Made by a program: the position numbers and the translations under genes
The notes under the pieces: generated by a model
The model's input: the letters and a program-made list of their open reading frames with translations, nothing else
Told to the model about the DNA's origin: nothing
The model's database searches: none
Shown here: positions 9,173 through 19,808 of the stretch, piece after piece
How positions within the stretch are numbered: the stretch's first letter is position 1
How the letters are laid out: every line of letters begins with the position of its first letter
Origin: Thermoanaerobaculia bacterium
GTDB taxonomy: Bacteria; Acidobacteriota; Thermoanaerobaculia; UBA5066
Length of the DNA: 64,000 nucleotides
Assembly: GCA_963719225.1 (NCBI GenBank)
Contig: CAVRAY010000001.1
Coordinates: forward strand, 2,240,001 to 2,304,000
Direction of reading: 5' to 3'

Positions 9173-9600
9173 GCCACACGCGTTCGCCGATCACCACGCA
9201 TGTCCTGGACCTCGCGACGGGGAGACCGAGACCGGGGATTCGGATTCTTCTTAGAGTGAAAGAGAGCGACCGCACGGGCGGGACGAAGAAGCGGGCAGGC
9301 GGGGCGGCGGGTGTCGGCGCGACCTGGCGCGAAATCGGCAGGGGCGTCACGGACGCCGACGGCCGCGTGGAGAATCTGCTTCCGGCCGCAGCACGAATCG
9401 AGCCGGGCACCTACTCCCTCACCTTCGACATCGGCGCGAAGCGCTCTCCCTCTTCCCCTTCTAAGAAATCCCCCTCTTCTTCTCTTTCTTCATTCTTTCC
9501 CGAAATCACCATCACGTTCGTGATCAGCGACCCCTCCGCGCATTACCACGTCCCGCTGCTGCTCTCGCCCTTCGGATACTCCACCTACCGGGGCAGCTGA
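9169..9600 (+). CDS. uraH: 5-hydroxyisourate hydrolase (transthyretin-like) carrying two in-frame low-complexity insertions
   Basis: ITTHVLD...G.P, TDADGR, FFPEI.I.F, HYHVPLLLSPFGYSTYRGS C-terminus. Confidence 0.95.
   Translation: MSHTRSPITTHVLDLATGRPRPGIRILLRVKESDRTGGTKKRAGGAAGVGATWREIGRGVTDADGRVENLLPAAARIEPGTYSLTFDIGAKRSPSSPSKKSPSSSLSSFFPEITITFVISDPSAHYHVPLLLSPFGYSTYRGS
9239..9495. repeat. Outward-facing pair of (T/C)TCTAAGAA motifs inside uraH
   Basis: 9248-9256 minus copy and 9459-9467 plus copy; the reverse complement of 9239-9255 is identical to 11351-11367 (TCTAAGAAGAATCCGAA). Confidence 0.7.
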
Positions 9601-9601
9601 C

Positions 9602-10489
9602 GTGGATCCGAACGTCCACGAGTGGCTGCACCTGATGCTGCGCTGGGCGCACATCCTCGCCGGCATCATGTGGATCGGCGATTCCTTCCTCTTCATGTGG
9701 CTGGACCGGACGCTGCTCCCGCCCGACCCGCCGCGCGACGGCGTCACGGGCGAGCTGTTCCTCGTCCATGGGGGCGGCTATTACCAGGTGGAGCGACGCC
9801 TCTTCCAGCCCGGCCGAATGCCGTCCCTCCTGCACTGGTTCAAGTGGGAATCCCTCTCGACGTGGGCGACGGGGTTTCTCCTGCTCCTCCTCGTCTATTA
9901 CTACGGCGGCGGAATCCTCCTCGTCGACCCCTCCGTGTCGAGGATCTCCGTGCCCCTCGCGATGGCGCTCGGCCTGGCTCTGCTGCCCGTGTCGTGGCTC
10001 GTCTACGACGCGCTCTGGATCTCTCCCCTCGGGAAGAGCACGCCCCTCGCGGGGGTCGTCTCGGTCGGCCTCTTCTCGGGTCTCGCCTATTTCCTGACTC
10101 ACGTCTTCGGCTCCCGCGCCGCGTATCTCCATGCCGGAGCGATTCTCGGGACGATCATGGTGCTGAACGTGTGGGTGAGGATCCTGCCCGTGCAGCGGAG
10201 GATGCTGGCCGCCGTGCGGGCGGGACGGAGCGTCGATCCCGCGCCGGGCCTCGCCGCCAAGAAGCGCTCGACGCACAACACGTACATGACACTTCCCGTC
10301 GTCTTCACGATGGTGAGCAACCACTTCCCGACGACGTACGGCAGCCGCTGGAACTGGGCGGTGCTCGTGCTGCTGGCGCTCGCGGGCGGGGGAATCCGCC
10401 ACTTCATGCTCACGCGCTCGACGAAGACGGCGTGGCTCCTCGCCGCCGGAGCCGCGCTCACGGCCGCGGCGTTCGTCCTGACGCGGTAG
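9602..10489 (+). CDS. puuD: Membrane urate hydroxylase PuuD, N-terminal membrane domain only (no CxxCH cytochrome c domain)
   Basis: LRWAHILAGIMWIG.SF.F.WLD, VHGGGYY, LHWFKWES..TW.TGF, RAAYLH.GA..GTIM..NV, RSTHNTY.TLPV.F.M.SNHFP; located in the urate operon. Confidence 0.85.
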   Translation: MDPNVHEWLHLMLRWAHILAGIMWIGDSFLFMWLDRTLLPPDPPRDGVTGELFLVHGGGYYQVERRLFQPGRMPSLLHWFKWESLSTWATGFLLLLLVYYYGGGILLVDPSVSRISVPLAMALGLALLPVSWLVYDALWISPLGKSTPLAGVVSVGLFSGLAYFLTHVFGSRAAYLHAGAILGTIMVLNVWVRILPVQRRMLAAVRAGRSVDPAPGLAAKKRSTHNTYMTLPVVFTMVSNHFPTTYGSRWNWAVLVLLALAGGGIRHFMLTRSTKTAWLLAAGAALTAAAFVLTR

Positions 10490-10501
10490 AAGGCGAGAAC
10501 G

Positions 10502-10882
10502 CTACGCCAGCGCGAGGGGAACGTGCTTCGACATCAGCCCGAAGATCCTGTCCTCGGTCAGAAGAGTCGCCTGCAGATCGAGGGCGCACTGAGCGACGTG
10601 CGCGTCGGGCGTGGACACGGAAACACCCTTCGGGAGAAGCGACGCGCGCAGCTTTCCCACACGAAACCAGTGTTGGTGCTCCGTACCACACAACGGAAGG
10701 TCCGAGAGGAGATCTTCGAGCGCCGAACGGTCCGGGGCGCTGAGCCTCCCGCTGAGGAGCTCGGCCGCCACGACCGCGGGAAGAAACACGCGTCCTTCGG
10801 CCAGCGCGTCGTCGATCAGCGGCGAGCCGTGGCCCGCGAAATACGACACCCAGCTCGACGTGTCAATGACGAGGGCGCTCAC
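10502..10882 (-). CDS. vapC: VapC-type PIN domain toxin
   Basis: VIDTSSW, VVAAELLSG, VSTPDAHVA, LLTEDR acidic PIN residues; overlaps the upstream small antitoxin gene. Confidence 0.85.
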   Translation of the reverse strand: MSALVIDTSSWVSYFAGHGSPLIDDALAEGRVFLPAVVAAELLSGRLSAPDRSALEDLLSDLPLCGTEHQHWFRVGKLRASLLPKGVSVSTPDAHVAQCALDLQATLLTEDRIFGLMSKHVPLALA

Positions 10883-11072
10883 GCGAAACCCTGAGGTCGA
10901 TCTTCAGGCGGAGACGGCCTTTGAGCCGGGCCGCCTTCCGGGCGGCCGCCGAGCGGCGAACGAGCTCCAGGCCGTCTACGAGCGTCTCCGTGATCCCTTT
11001 CCCGGTGGCGCGCCGTGCTTCGCTCAGAAGCAGGGCCGGGAGATTGGCGCTGATGCGGCGAGTGCTGTCCAT
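10863..11072 (-). CDS. vapB: VapB-like antitoxin (RHH-type)
   Basis: 69 aa; RRISANLP..LL.EARRATG...TET...GLE pattern immediately upstream of the PIN gene. Confidence 0.75.
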   Translation of the reverse strand: MDSTRRISANLPALLLSEARRATGKGITETLVDGLELVRRSAAARKAARLKGRLRLKIDLRVSRERPRH

Positions 11073-11103
11073 ACGCTCATACTAACGCTCGTCTATACCG
11101 CCG

Positions 11104-12315
11104 TCAACGGCCCGCCGTCCTGTTCTTCAGGATCTTCGCGAACGAGCCGCTGACGAGCTCCTCGGGAGAAAGGCCCGCCTGCTCGGCGTCCGACTCGCGG
11201 AACGCTCCGCAGTTTTTCCCTCGAAGGAAGAAATTCAGGAGGGCCTGGCCCGTGGCCGGATCGTCGAGGATGCCACCGGTGGTGGCGGTCGTGGCAGCTG
11301 CACCTTTCTCGAGAGCCGCCCGCAGACGCTCCTGCGCCGCCCTCTTACCTTCTAAGAAGAATCCGAAATTCGCTGCAAAACGCGAAGGCAGCTGGGCGGG
11401 GTGCAGATCCCAACCTTGATAGAAACCACCCTCGAGGGATCGACGGACGTCGGCATAGTGGACGCGCCACGCCGCATGAACGGCCGCGCGGTCGCCGACG
11501 GGCAGGACGTTCGTGGATCCGTCCGAAAGCATGATTCCCGTGCCCGCGAGCGAGACTTGCAGGACGTGCCTCGCGAAGTCGCACGCGGGGTGCCCCATGT
11601 GCTGGAAGGCGGCGGCGATCCCGAGGCTGGCGGTGTAGTCGTACGTCCCGAAATGCGCGCCGACGCAGCGTCCTCGCGCCGCGCGGACGAGCTCTGGCAG
11701 CGCGATGCGGCCATCCGGCGTGAAGATCGTCTGCGGCGTCTCGACCATGATCTCGAAACCGAGACTCCCGCCGGGAAGACCGAGACGTTTCTCGTGGCCG
11801 TCGAGGGCCTCCGCCAGGATCGCCGGCTGATCGGGCGACGTGATCTTCGGGAGCGTGACGACAAAGCCGGGCGGGAGGCTTCCGCGGCCTTCGGCCGCAA
11901 GCGTCGAGAGGAAGATCTCGAGAGTTCGGAGCGCCCGAGCCGCGCTTCGGTCTTCGAGAGGCTTGATTCGGATTCCATAGAAAGTGGAGAGAGAGCCCGC
12001 GGCTCGAGCGGCGGCCACCCCGCGGGCCACGGCCGCGGTGCACGCGTCCTCTTCGTCGTCCGTCCGGACTCCGTACCCGTCCTCGAAGTCGATCCGGTAG
12101 TCCTCGACGGGGTCTTCTCTCAGCTTTCCAAGAACTCTCTCGTGGATCTCTTCGAACCGTGGGGAAGGAGGGAGGCCGAGCGCCTCGGCGAAAGCCGTGC
12201 CCGTCGGCGCGTGCTTGCGGAGCGCGGCGAGAGCCGCCTCACCGAGCTCCTTCGCCGCATTTGCGCGGAAGAGGTGAGCGCCCTCATAGAAGGTGTGGAC
12301 GGGCTGGCGCTTCAT
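11104..12315 (-). CDS. HpcH/HpaI aldolase / CitE-like lyase family protein of the type associated with allantoin clusters
   Basis: RQPVHTFY.GA, PVEDYRIDFEDGYG.R.D.EED, GIRIKP, VTLPK, EIMVET, HFGTYDYTA, SDGSTNVLPVG, FYQGWDLHPAQLP. Confidence 0.8.
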   Translation of the reverse strand: MKRQPVHTFYEGAHLFRANAAKELGEAALAALRKHAPTGTAFAEALGLPPSPRFEEIHERVLGKLREDPVEDYRIDFEDGYGVRTDDEEDACTAAVARGVAAARAAGSLSTFYGIRIKPLEDRSAARALRTLEIFLSTLAAEGRGSLPPGFVVTLPKITSPDQPAILAEALDGHEKRLGLPGGSLGFEIMVETPQTIFTPDGRIALPELVRAARGRCVGAHFGTYDYTASLGIAAAFQHMGHPACDFARHVLQVSLAGTGIMLSDGSTNVLPVGDRAAVHAAWRVHYADVRRSLEGGFYQGWDLHPAQLPSRFAANFGFFLEGKRAAQERLRAALEKGAAATTATTGGILDDPATGQALLNFFLRGKNCGAFRESDAEQAGLSPEELVSGSFAKILKNRTAGR

Positions 12316-12342
12316 GTCCGAATGCTAACCGCCGCGGGCGTG

Positions 12343-13302
12343 TCAGAAGAGGTACGTCAACCCGAGGCTCGCCACGAAGCGTTCCGTCTGCTCGCCGTAG
12401 AGAGCGCGAATGACGGGAATCTGGATCGCGGCGCGGCCCGCGAGGCCGCGGCCGAGATCGATCACGGCCCGCGGCGTGAGGTAGAGGACGTCGCCTCCGG
12501 TGTTCGGGTCGACGTCGCCCGCGCTCACGCGATCCTGCTGGGCGTGGCGGTAGTTCAACTCGACGACGGCGTCCAGAACGCTCGACACTTTCCGCTCGTA
12601 CGCCGCGTTCACGAGAGTCACGTTTCCGTATTGGTATCCGAACTCGTTCGTGCCGGTCGCCCGGTACTGGGCCGAAGCGAAGATGGCAGAGTCCATATCG
12701 ACGAAGGCCACTGTCGAGACGCCGCCGAAAACGTCCGTCGCGCCGGTTCCGGACTGGAGGTGCTCGTCGAGGCGGGTGCCGCCCGCCGCGAGACCGTTCT
12801 TCCCCCACGGCGTCTTCACGCCTCCCACCAGGGACACCCAGGCGCGCCGCCCAAGGCCGGGCTCGAAGGGCGTGGACCAGATGCGGACGAGGGCGTAGAG
12901 CTCGGGATCAGACAGGTCGCTCGTCCGGCTCGTCTCCGAGATTCCCGAGCGGACGTCGGTGGACGTGAGCCGCTTCCGGCTCCACGGCACGCGGGCGACG
13001 GCGACGACCTTTTCGCCGAACACGTACGAGAGGGTGGTGGTGTACCGGTTCTCGACCTCGGAGTCGAGGCCAGCGATCGCTTCGGTGCCGAGACGATGCC
13101 GGAAGGCGCGCAGATCCGCCGCGTCCGCCGCGATCGCGCTGTCCTTGTCGAAGCGGTCCCAGTCGAGGGCGAGCCGGAATTTCGCCGCGGCAAAAACGTT
13201 CGGACCGAGCGCGTTGAAGGTCACGTCGCCGCAGCGGCAGATGGAGCACGGCAGCGCGGGAGACGCCGCGAGGAAAAGGAAGAGGATCAGCCCTCGCCGC
13301 AC
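12343..13302 (-). CDS. Outer-membrane beta-barrel protein (transporter-like) with N-terminal CSICRC motif
   Basis: Signal peptide ending ALP|CSICRCG; GGVKTPWG, LQSGTGATD, PNTGG..LYLTP; alternating strands; C-terminal LGLTYLF beta-signal. Confidence 0.7.
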   Translation of the reverse strand: MRRGLILFLFLAASPALPCSICRCGDVTFNALGPNVFAAAKFRLALDWDRFDKDSAIAADAADLRAFRHRLGTEAIAGLDSEVENRYTTTLSYVFGEKVVAVARVPWSRKRLTSTDVRSGISETSRTSDLSDPELYALVRIWSTPFEPGLGRRAWVSLVGGVKTPWGKNGLAAGGTRLDEHLQSGTGATDVFGGVSTVAFVDMDSAIFASAQYRATGTNEFGYQYGNVTLVNAAYERKVSSVLDAVVELNYRHAQQDRVSAGDVDPNTGGDVLYLTPRAVIDLGRGLAGRAAIQIPVIRALYGEQTERFVASLGLTYLF

Positions 13303-13315
13303 CGGCTGAAGTATC

Positions 13316-14926
13316 TCAGACGGGCGCGAGCTCCTCGTGGCGCGCAAGCTCGAGCGGCCTCTCCTGCGACGCGAGATAGGCCCTGTGATCGTGGGACATG
13401 CTTCCGGCGGGCAGGAACGGGAACAGGGATCCCAGGTCCCGGCTCACCTGGCGCGCGTAGAAATCAGGCAGCTCGTCCGTCTCCTGGGCGAAGTAGCGCT
13501 GCACCTGGGCGTCCGTGTCCAGTCTCTTCCGCACTTCCGTGTAGTACTTGATCCGGCCGGAGCCTTCCGAGGAGAGCGCGCGCACGACGTTCATCCAGCG
13601 TGGAATCACGGCCTTCGTGGCGGCAAAACGCTTGACGATCTTCTTCCACGAAAACGTATACCTGGTCAGGTCGATCACGTGGTCGTAGAAGTCCGTCCAC
13701 GCGTAGTTCTGGGGCCGCACGTTCATCGCGTGGTTGTTGTCGAGGAAGTGGAACGGGAACGGGAGCACGCGGTTCGCGCGCTGATATTCGAGATTGAGCG
13801 GCGCCGCGCGCCCGAAGGCCGAGAGCAGCGAATAGCCGGGGAACGCGCCCGGGGTCAGGTCGATGAACCGCTTCGTGAGCTCGAACGGCTCGGCGCCCGA
13901 CTCGCCGTCGAGGCCGAGGACGAAATTTGTCTGGACGTACGGCATGTAACGCAGGATCAGGTTGACGTGGTCGGACACTTCCCGGACCTTCTCGATCCCC
14001 GTCCTCCGGCCCGTCATCGACTTGTTGCCGAGCTCGTACCAGGATTCGACTCCCGGCAGGAGGGCCTTGAACCCGTTCCGGCGGAGCCGTTTCAGGTGGG
14101 GCTCGGAAAGCAGGGACAGGCTGCTCTCCGCGATCGAGGTGATGCTCCCGGGCGGGACCGCGTCCTCGATCACGTTGAGGAACTGGTCGAACCGGACGCC
14201 GAAGTTCGGGTCGTGCCAGCCGACGATCGGCTTCCTGACTTTCTGGACGATGAAACGCAGGTCTTCTCGAAGGACGTCGAGATCCAGCGGCTGATAGGGC
14301 ACGACGGAGTCGATACAGAAGCTGCAGGTGTAGGGACAGCCGAGACTGCCCAGGATCGGGATCATCTTCATCAGGGGCGACTTCCGGAGAGTCGGCTCGA
14401 TGAACTTCCACCGCTCCCGAACGCCGGGCAGCGCGAGCGGCTGGCGCGGGGCCTGGAGGTGGAGACCCAGCGGGCGGTGGCTCGCGCAGTCCCGAAGAAG
14501 GTCCTCGATCAGCGCCTCGTCCGTGAAGCCGAGAACGTAGTCGAAATACCGGCGCGCGTCTTCCGGATAGCAGCGGGCGTGCGGCCCGCCGAGGGCCGTC
14601 ACGGCGCCCTTCGACCGGAAGAGGTTGCTCAGCGCGTAGGCGAGAAACGCCGCCTCCGTGAAGGCGCAGATGAAAACGACATCGACACTGCCCGGCAGCT
14701 CGTCCTCGAGGTTCTCGAGGCCCGTGTAGCACACGTAGGTGACCTCGTGCCCTCGCGCCTCGCACCAGACGCCCACGATCTGCGGCATGATGCTCGCGAG
14801 ATTCGCGTTCATCACCCGGGCGTACAGGGCGTCGGTGGGTCCCTTCGCGACGAGATCGACGACGCCTACTCGGAGCTTCTTCACCCCGTACAGGCTATCA
14901 GGTCGCGACTGAGAATCGTTAATCAC
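13316..14926 (-). CDS. B12-binding domain radical SAM protein (alternative start GTG 14884)
   Basis: N-terminal cobalamin-binding-like domain (ALGGPHA), GCPYTCSFC cluster motif, PGVES, NFVLGLD. Confidence 0.85.
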   Translation of the reverse strand: MINDSQSRPDSLYGVKKLRVGVVDLVAKGPTDALYARVMNANLASIMPQIVGVWCEARGHEVTYVCYTGLENLEDELPGSVDVVFICAFTEAAFLAYALSNLFRSKGAVTALGGPHARCYPEDARRYFDYVLGFTDEALIEDLLRDCASHRPLGLHLQAPRQPLALPGVRERWKFIEPTLRKSPLMKMIPILGSLGCPYTCSFCIDSVVPYQPLDLDVLREDLRFIVQKVRKPIVGWHDPNFGVRFDQFLNVIEDAVPPGSITSIAESSLSLLSEPHLKRLRRNGFKALLPGVESWYELGNKSMTGRRTGIEKVREVSDHVNLILRYMPYVQTNFVLGLDGESGAEPFELTKRFIDLTPGAFPGYSLLSAFGRAAPLNLEYQRANRVLPFPFHFLDNNHAMNVRPQNYAWTDFYDHVIDLTRYTFSWKKIVKRFAATKAVIPRWMNVVRALSSEGSGRIKYYTEVRKRLDTDAQVQRYFAQETDELPDFYARQVSRDLGSLFPFLPAGSMSHDHRAYLASQERPLELARHEELAPV

Positions 14927-15034
14927 GGTTGACCGTCATCGGACGGAGTGATCTCATCCGGCCCAGATCGGAGTCAACAGCCGGGTCCTTTCCACAATGA
15001 CGTCAAGGCCGAAAACGGCCGGAGGAGTGCGGTC

Positions 15035-16375
15035 ATGAAAAGGAAGCAGCCCCGCGGAATCACGCGTCGAACTTTCACGAAGCTGGCGGGCGGCGGAGCC
15101 CTCGCCGCCGGAGCCCTCGGGCCGGCATTCCTGTTTCCCGAGCGCGCGGAAGCCCAGCAGAAAACGCTCAAGATCCTCCAGTGGAGCCATTTCGTCCCCG
15201 CCTGGGACACGTGGTTCAACGGCACCTACACGAAGGAGTGGGGCCTGAAGAACAACACGAACGTCGTCGTGGACAACATCAACCTCGTGGACCTCGGGGC
15301 GCGTGCCGCGTCCGAGGTTTCGGCGAAGAAGGGCCACGACCTCTTCATGTTCCTGTCGCCGCCCGCGGCGTACGAGTCCTCGGTCATCGACATGTCGAAC
15401 GTGTACAAGGAGGTCGAGAAAAAGCACGGGAAGAAGATCGACCTGGCCCACAAGTCCACTTACAACCCGAAGACGAAGAAGTACTTCGCGTTTTCCGACG
15501 CCTACACGCCCGATCCGGGCAACTGGCACAAGGACTGGTGGACCGAAGCGGGATACCCGAACGGACCGGACACCTACGACGACCTCCTGAAGGGCGCCAA
15601 GAAGATCCGGGACAAGAACGGTCACCCGTGCGGCGTCGGACTCTCGCAGGAGCTCGACTCGAGCATGGCGCTGCGCGCCCTGCTCTGGTCCTTCGGCGGC
15701 GCCGAGCAGGACGAGGCCGGCAACGTCACCATCAACTCGAAGCAGACGGTCGAAGCCCTGAAGTACATGAAGGAGCTCTACACGCAGACGGAGACGGCCG
15801 AGGTCTTCACCTGGACGCCTCCCTCGAACAACCAGGCGATGCTCGCGGGCAGGGTCTCGTACGTCGCGAACGCGATCTCGGTCACGCGCCAGTCGGAGAG
15901 GGAGAAGCTGCCGATCGACGGCAAGATCATGGTCAGCCCCGCCCTGAAGGGCCCCGTCCGGCGCCTCGCGGCCGAGCACGTCATGAACTGCCACGTGATC
16001 TGGGAATTCGCGGAGAACAAGGAAGGCGCGCAGAAATTCCTGATCGATTTCATGGACCACTTCCACGAGGGCTTCGTCGCCGGTCAGTTCTACAACTTCC
16101 CCTGCTTCCCCTCGACGGTTCCGGACCTGAAGAAAGAGATCGCGAACGATCCGCGGGCGAATCCTCCGGACAAGTACAAGGTCCTCGGAAACGTCCTCGA
16201 CTGGGCGACGAACGTCGGCTATCCGGGCTACGCGACGGCCGGCATCGCCGAGGCGTTCTCGACCTGGGTCATCCCGACCATGTTCGCGAAGGTCGCACGC
16301 GGCGACGAGTCCGCCGAGGACGCCGCGAAGGCGGCCGAGACAGAGTACAAGCGCATCTTCGCGCGATGGAAGTAG
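15035..16375 (+). CDS. Carbohydrate ABC transporter substrate-binding protein with Tat signal
   Basis: RBS GGAGGAG at 15021; TRRTF twin-arginine signal; LKILQWSHFVP SBP family 1 start. Confidence 0.9.
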   Translation: MKRKQPRGITRRTFTKLAGGGALAAGALGPAFLFPERAEAQQKTLKILQWSHFVPAWDTWFNGTYTKEWGLKNNTNVVVDNINLVDLGARAASEVSAKKGHDLFMFLSPPAAYESSVIDMSNVYKEVEKKHGKKIDLAHKSTYNPKTKKYFAFSDAYTPDPGNWHKDWWTEAGYPNGPDTYDDLLKGAKKIRDKNGHPCGVGLSQELDSSMALRALLWSFGGAEQDEAGNVTINSKQTVEALKYMKELYTQTETAEVFTWTPPSNNQAMLAGRVSYVANAISVTRQSEREKLPIDGKIMVSPALKGPVRRLAAEHVMNCHVIWEFAENKEGAQKFLIDFMDHFHEGFVAGQFYNFPCFPSTVPDLKKEIANDPRANPPDKYKVLGNVLDWATNVGYPGYATAGIAEAFSTWVIPTMFAKVARGDESAEDAAKAAETEYKRIFARWK

Positions 16376-16387
16376 CGCGGGCGCTCG

Positions 16388-17472
<1,085 letters not shown>

Positions 17473-17476
<4 letters not shown>

Positions 17477-18381
17477 GCCGGACGAGCGGGACCTCGACGA
17501 GCGCCGGCCAGACCCCGACCCTGGCGATCGCCATGTTCGCGCCCGCCGTCATCTTCATCGTGCTCCTGATCGGGGTGCCGTTCGTCCTCGCCGTCCTCTA
17601 TGCCTTCAGCGACGCGCGCATCGGCAGCACGGGCTTTCATTTCGTCGGCCTCGAGAATTTCCGGAGCATCCTGCAGAGCCCGGGGTTCCGGAAGGCGATC
17701 CGGAACTCCATCGTGTTCACGCTGTGCGCCCAGGCGATCGTGATCGTGTGCTCGAACATCCTCGCGATGGCTCTCGAGAAGCCGTTCCGCGGCCGCGGCC
17801 TCGTCCGTTTCCTGATCCTGCTGCCGTGGGTCGCGCCGGTGTCGCTCGGCACGATCGGCTGGAAGTGGATCCTGGATTCCATCTACAGCGTGTTCACGTG
17901 GGTGCTCGTGGCGCTGCACGTCTACAAGCCGTACGAGACCCCGATGTGGCTCGGCGAGCCGCAGCTCGCGATGGCCTCCGTCGTCCTCGTGCACTGCTGG
18001 CGGCTGATCCCGTTCTCCACCGTGATCATGCTGGCGGGGCGCTCGGCCATTCCCCGGGAGATCCCGGAGGCCGCCGCGATCGACGGTGCGGGTTTCTGGC
18101 GCACGCTCTTCCAGATCAACCTCCCGATGATGGCGCCGATCCTGAGCGTGGCGGTGCTCTTCGGGATCATCTTCACGTTCACGGACATGACGGTCGTCTA
18201 CATCCTGACGGCGGGCGGGCCCTTCGACTCGACCCAGACGCTCCCTTCCCTCGCGTTCGCGACGGGGATCGCAGGCAGCGACCTGGCGGCGGGCGCCGCG
18301 ATCTCGCTCTTCCTCGTGCCGGTCCTGGTCGCGGTCGCCTATCTCATGCTGCGCGTCGCTCACCGCGCCGAGGTGGTCTGA
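17473..18381 (+). CDS. Carbohydrate ABC transporter permease 1
   Basis: FVGLENF, EAAAIDGA EAA loop; ATGA overlap with the ATPase stop. Confidence 0.92.
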
Positions 18382-19229
18382 TGGAACGCAGCAAGCTTCG
18401 CAAGGCCGGAGCGAGGGCGCTCCACGTTTTCGTGCTGGCCTTCTTCGTCGTCGCCCTCGCGTTCCCGTTCTTCTGGATGGTCATCGCGACGTTCAAGCAG
18501 AACATCGACCTCTACGCGGTCGAGAACAACCCCTTCATCTTCAACATGCCGCCGACGCTCGAGCACCTGAGGTTCCTGTTCGCGGAGACGCGGTTCATGC
18601 GCTGGCTCGGGAACACCGCGCTCGTGGGTGTCCTCGTCGTCGCGATCACGCTTCTTCTGGCCGTGCCGGCGGCGTACGCGCTCGCGCGTCTCGCGGGACG
18701 GTGGGGCGAGCGGCTCGGGATCGCGATCTTCCTGACGTACCTGATCCCGCCGACGCTGCTCTTCATCCCGCTCTCTCGCGTCGTCGCGCTGCTGGGACTG
18801 CAGGACAGCATCTTCTCGGTCGTCCTCGTCTACCCGAGCATGACGATCCCGTTCTCCATCTGGCTCCTCATGGGCTTTTTCAAGTCCATTCCGAAGGAGC
18901 TCGAGGACGCGGCCATGGTGGACGGCCTGTCCCGCTTCGGCGCCTTCCTGCGCATGGTCGTACCGATCTCGGTCTCCGGGATCCTGACCGTCGTCATTTT
19001 CAGCTTCACTCTCGTGACGCAGGAGTTCGTCTACGCGCTGACGTTCATCTCCCCGGAGAGGAACCAGATGGTCGGCGTCGGGATCCCGATCTACCTCGTG
19101 CGCGGCGACGTCTACTACTGGGGATCCCTGATGGCGGCCTGCCTCGTCGCGAGTCTCCCGATCGCCGTCGTGTACAACCTCTTCCTGGACCGCTTCATCG
19201 CTGGGTTCACGGTCGGCGCTGTCAAGTAG
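18381..19229 (+). CDS. Carbohydrate ABC transporter permease 2
   Basis: PFFWMVIATFK, FFKSIPKELEDAAMVDG, FIAGFTVGAVK end. Confidence 0.92.
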   Translation: MERSKLRKAGARALHVFVLAFFVVALAFPFFWMVIATFKQNIDLYAVENNPFIFNMPPTLEHLRFLFAETRFMRWLGNTALVGVLVVAITLLLAVPAAYALARLAGRWGERLGIAIFLTYLIPPTLLFIPLSRVVALLGLQDSIFSVVLVYPSMTIPFSIWLLMGFFKSIPKELEDAAMVDGLSRFGAFLRMVVPISVSGILTVVIFSFTLVTQEFVYALTFISPERNQMVGVGIPIYLVRGDVYYWGSLMAACLVASLPIAVVYNLFLDRFIAGFTVGAVK

Positions 19230-19331
19230 GGATGCAAACGCATCCCTTGACCGGCTTTCCCGCCGCGCCCTACGTATTTGAGGGATCCCGCAAAAAGGCG
19301 GCCTCTTCGCCGCGGAAATGCGAGGTTTGTC

Positions 19332-19757
19332 ATGCCTAAAGGTCACTTCCGGCTGTTTGCCCTTCTCGGCGGGGGAATCGTCCTCGTCGTCGCGCTGGCC
19401 GGACTCTGGCGCGTCCAGAACCAGCCGGTCAACGCGACCTGGACCCCTGCACACCTGGCGCTGCCGCTTTCCACGACGGCGGACCGCATCGAGGTGCTCG
19501 TCGCCGACGTACCTCTTCAGAAAGCCGTCACGGACAAGCGCCTGATCATCTCGACGGATACGGGCCTGAAGCCCGTCCTCGAGGCCACGGTTCGCGTGAA
19601 CAACGCCGACCAGATTCTCGCGGCCCGCTTCACCCCGCTCCTCGTACTTTCGGCCGTGGCCGGCGGCGCATTCGTGCTCTTTCTCGTCGGCCTCTTCGCA
19701 CCGCGCATCGGGGCATTCCATCAGCACGGCCTCATCGACCTGCACCTGACGGCGTAA
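19332..19757 (+). CDS. Hypothetical membrane protein with two TM helices
   Basis: ATG 19332; hydrophobic N- and C-terminal helices flanking a soluble segment. Confidence 0.55.
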   Translation: MPKGHFRLFALLGGGIVLVVALAGLWRVQNQPVNATWTPAHLALPLSTTADRIEVLVADVPLQKAVTDKRLIISTDTGLKPVLEATVRVNNADQILAARFTPLLVLSAVAGGAFVLFLVGLFAPRIGAFHQHGLIDLHLTA

Positions 19758-19808
19758 GACGCCCTGGAGCTCGGGATTCGGCGGCCGGCCGCTCCCGCGG
19801 TCCGGCCG

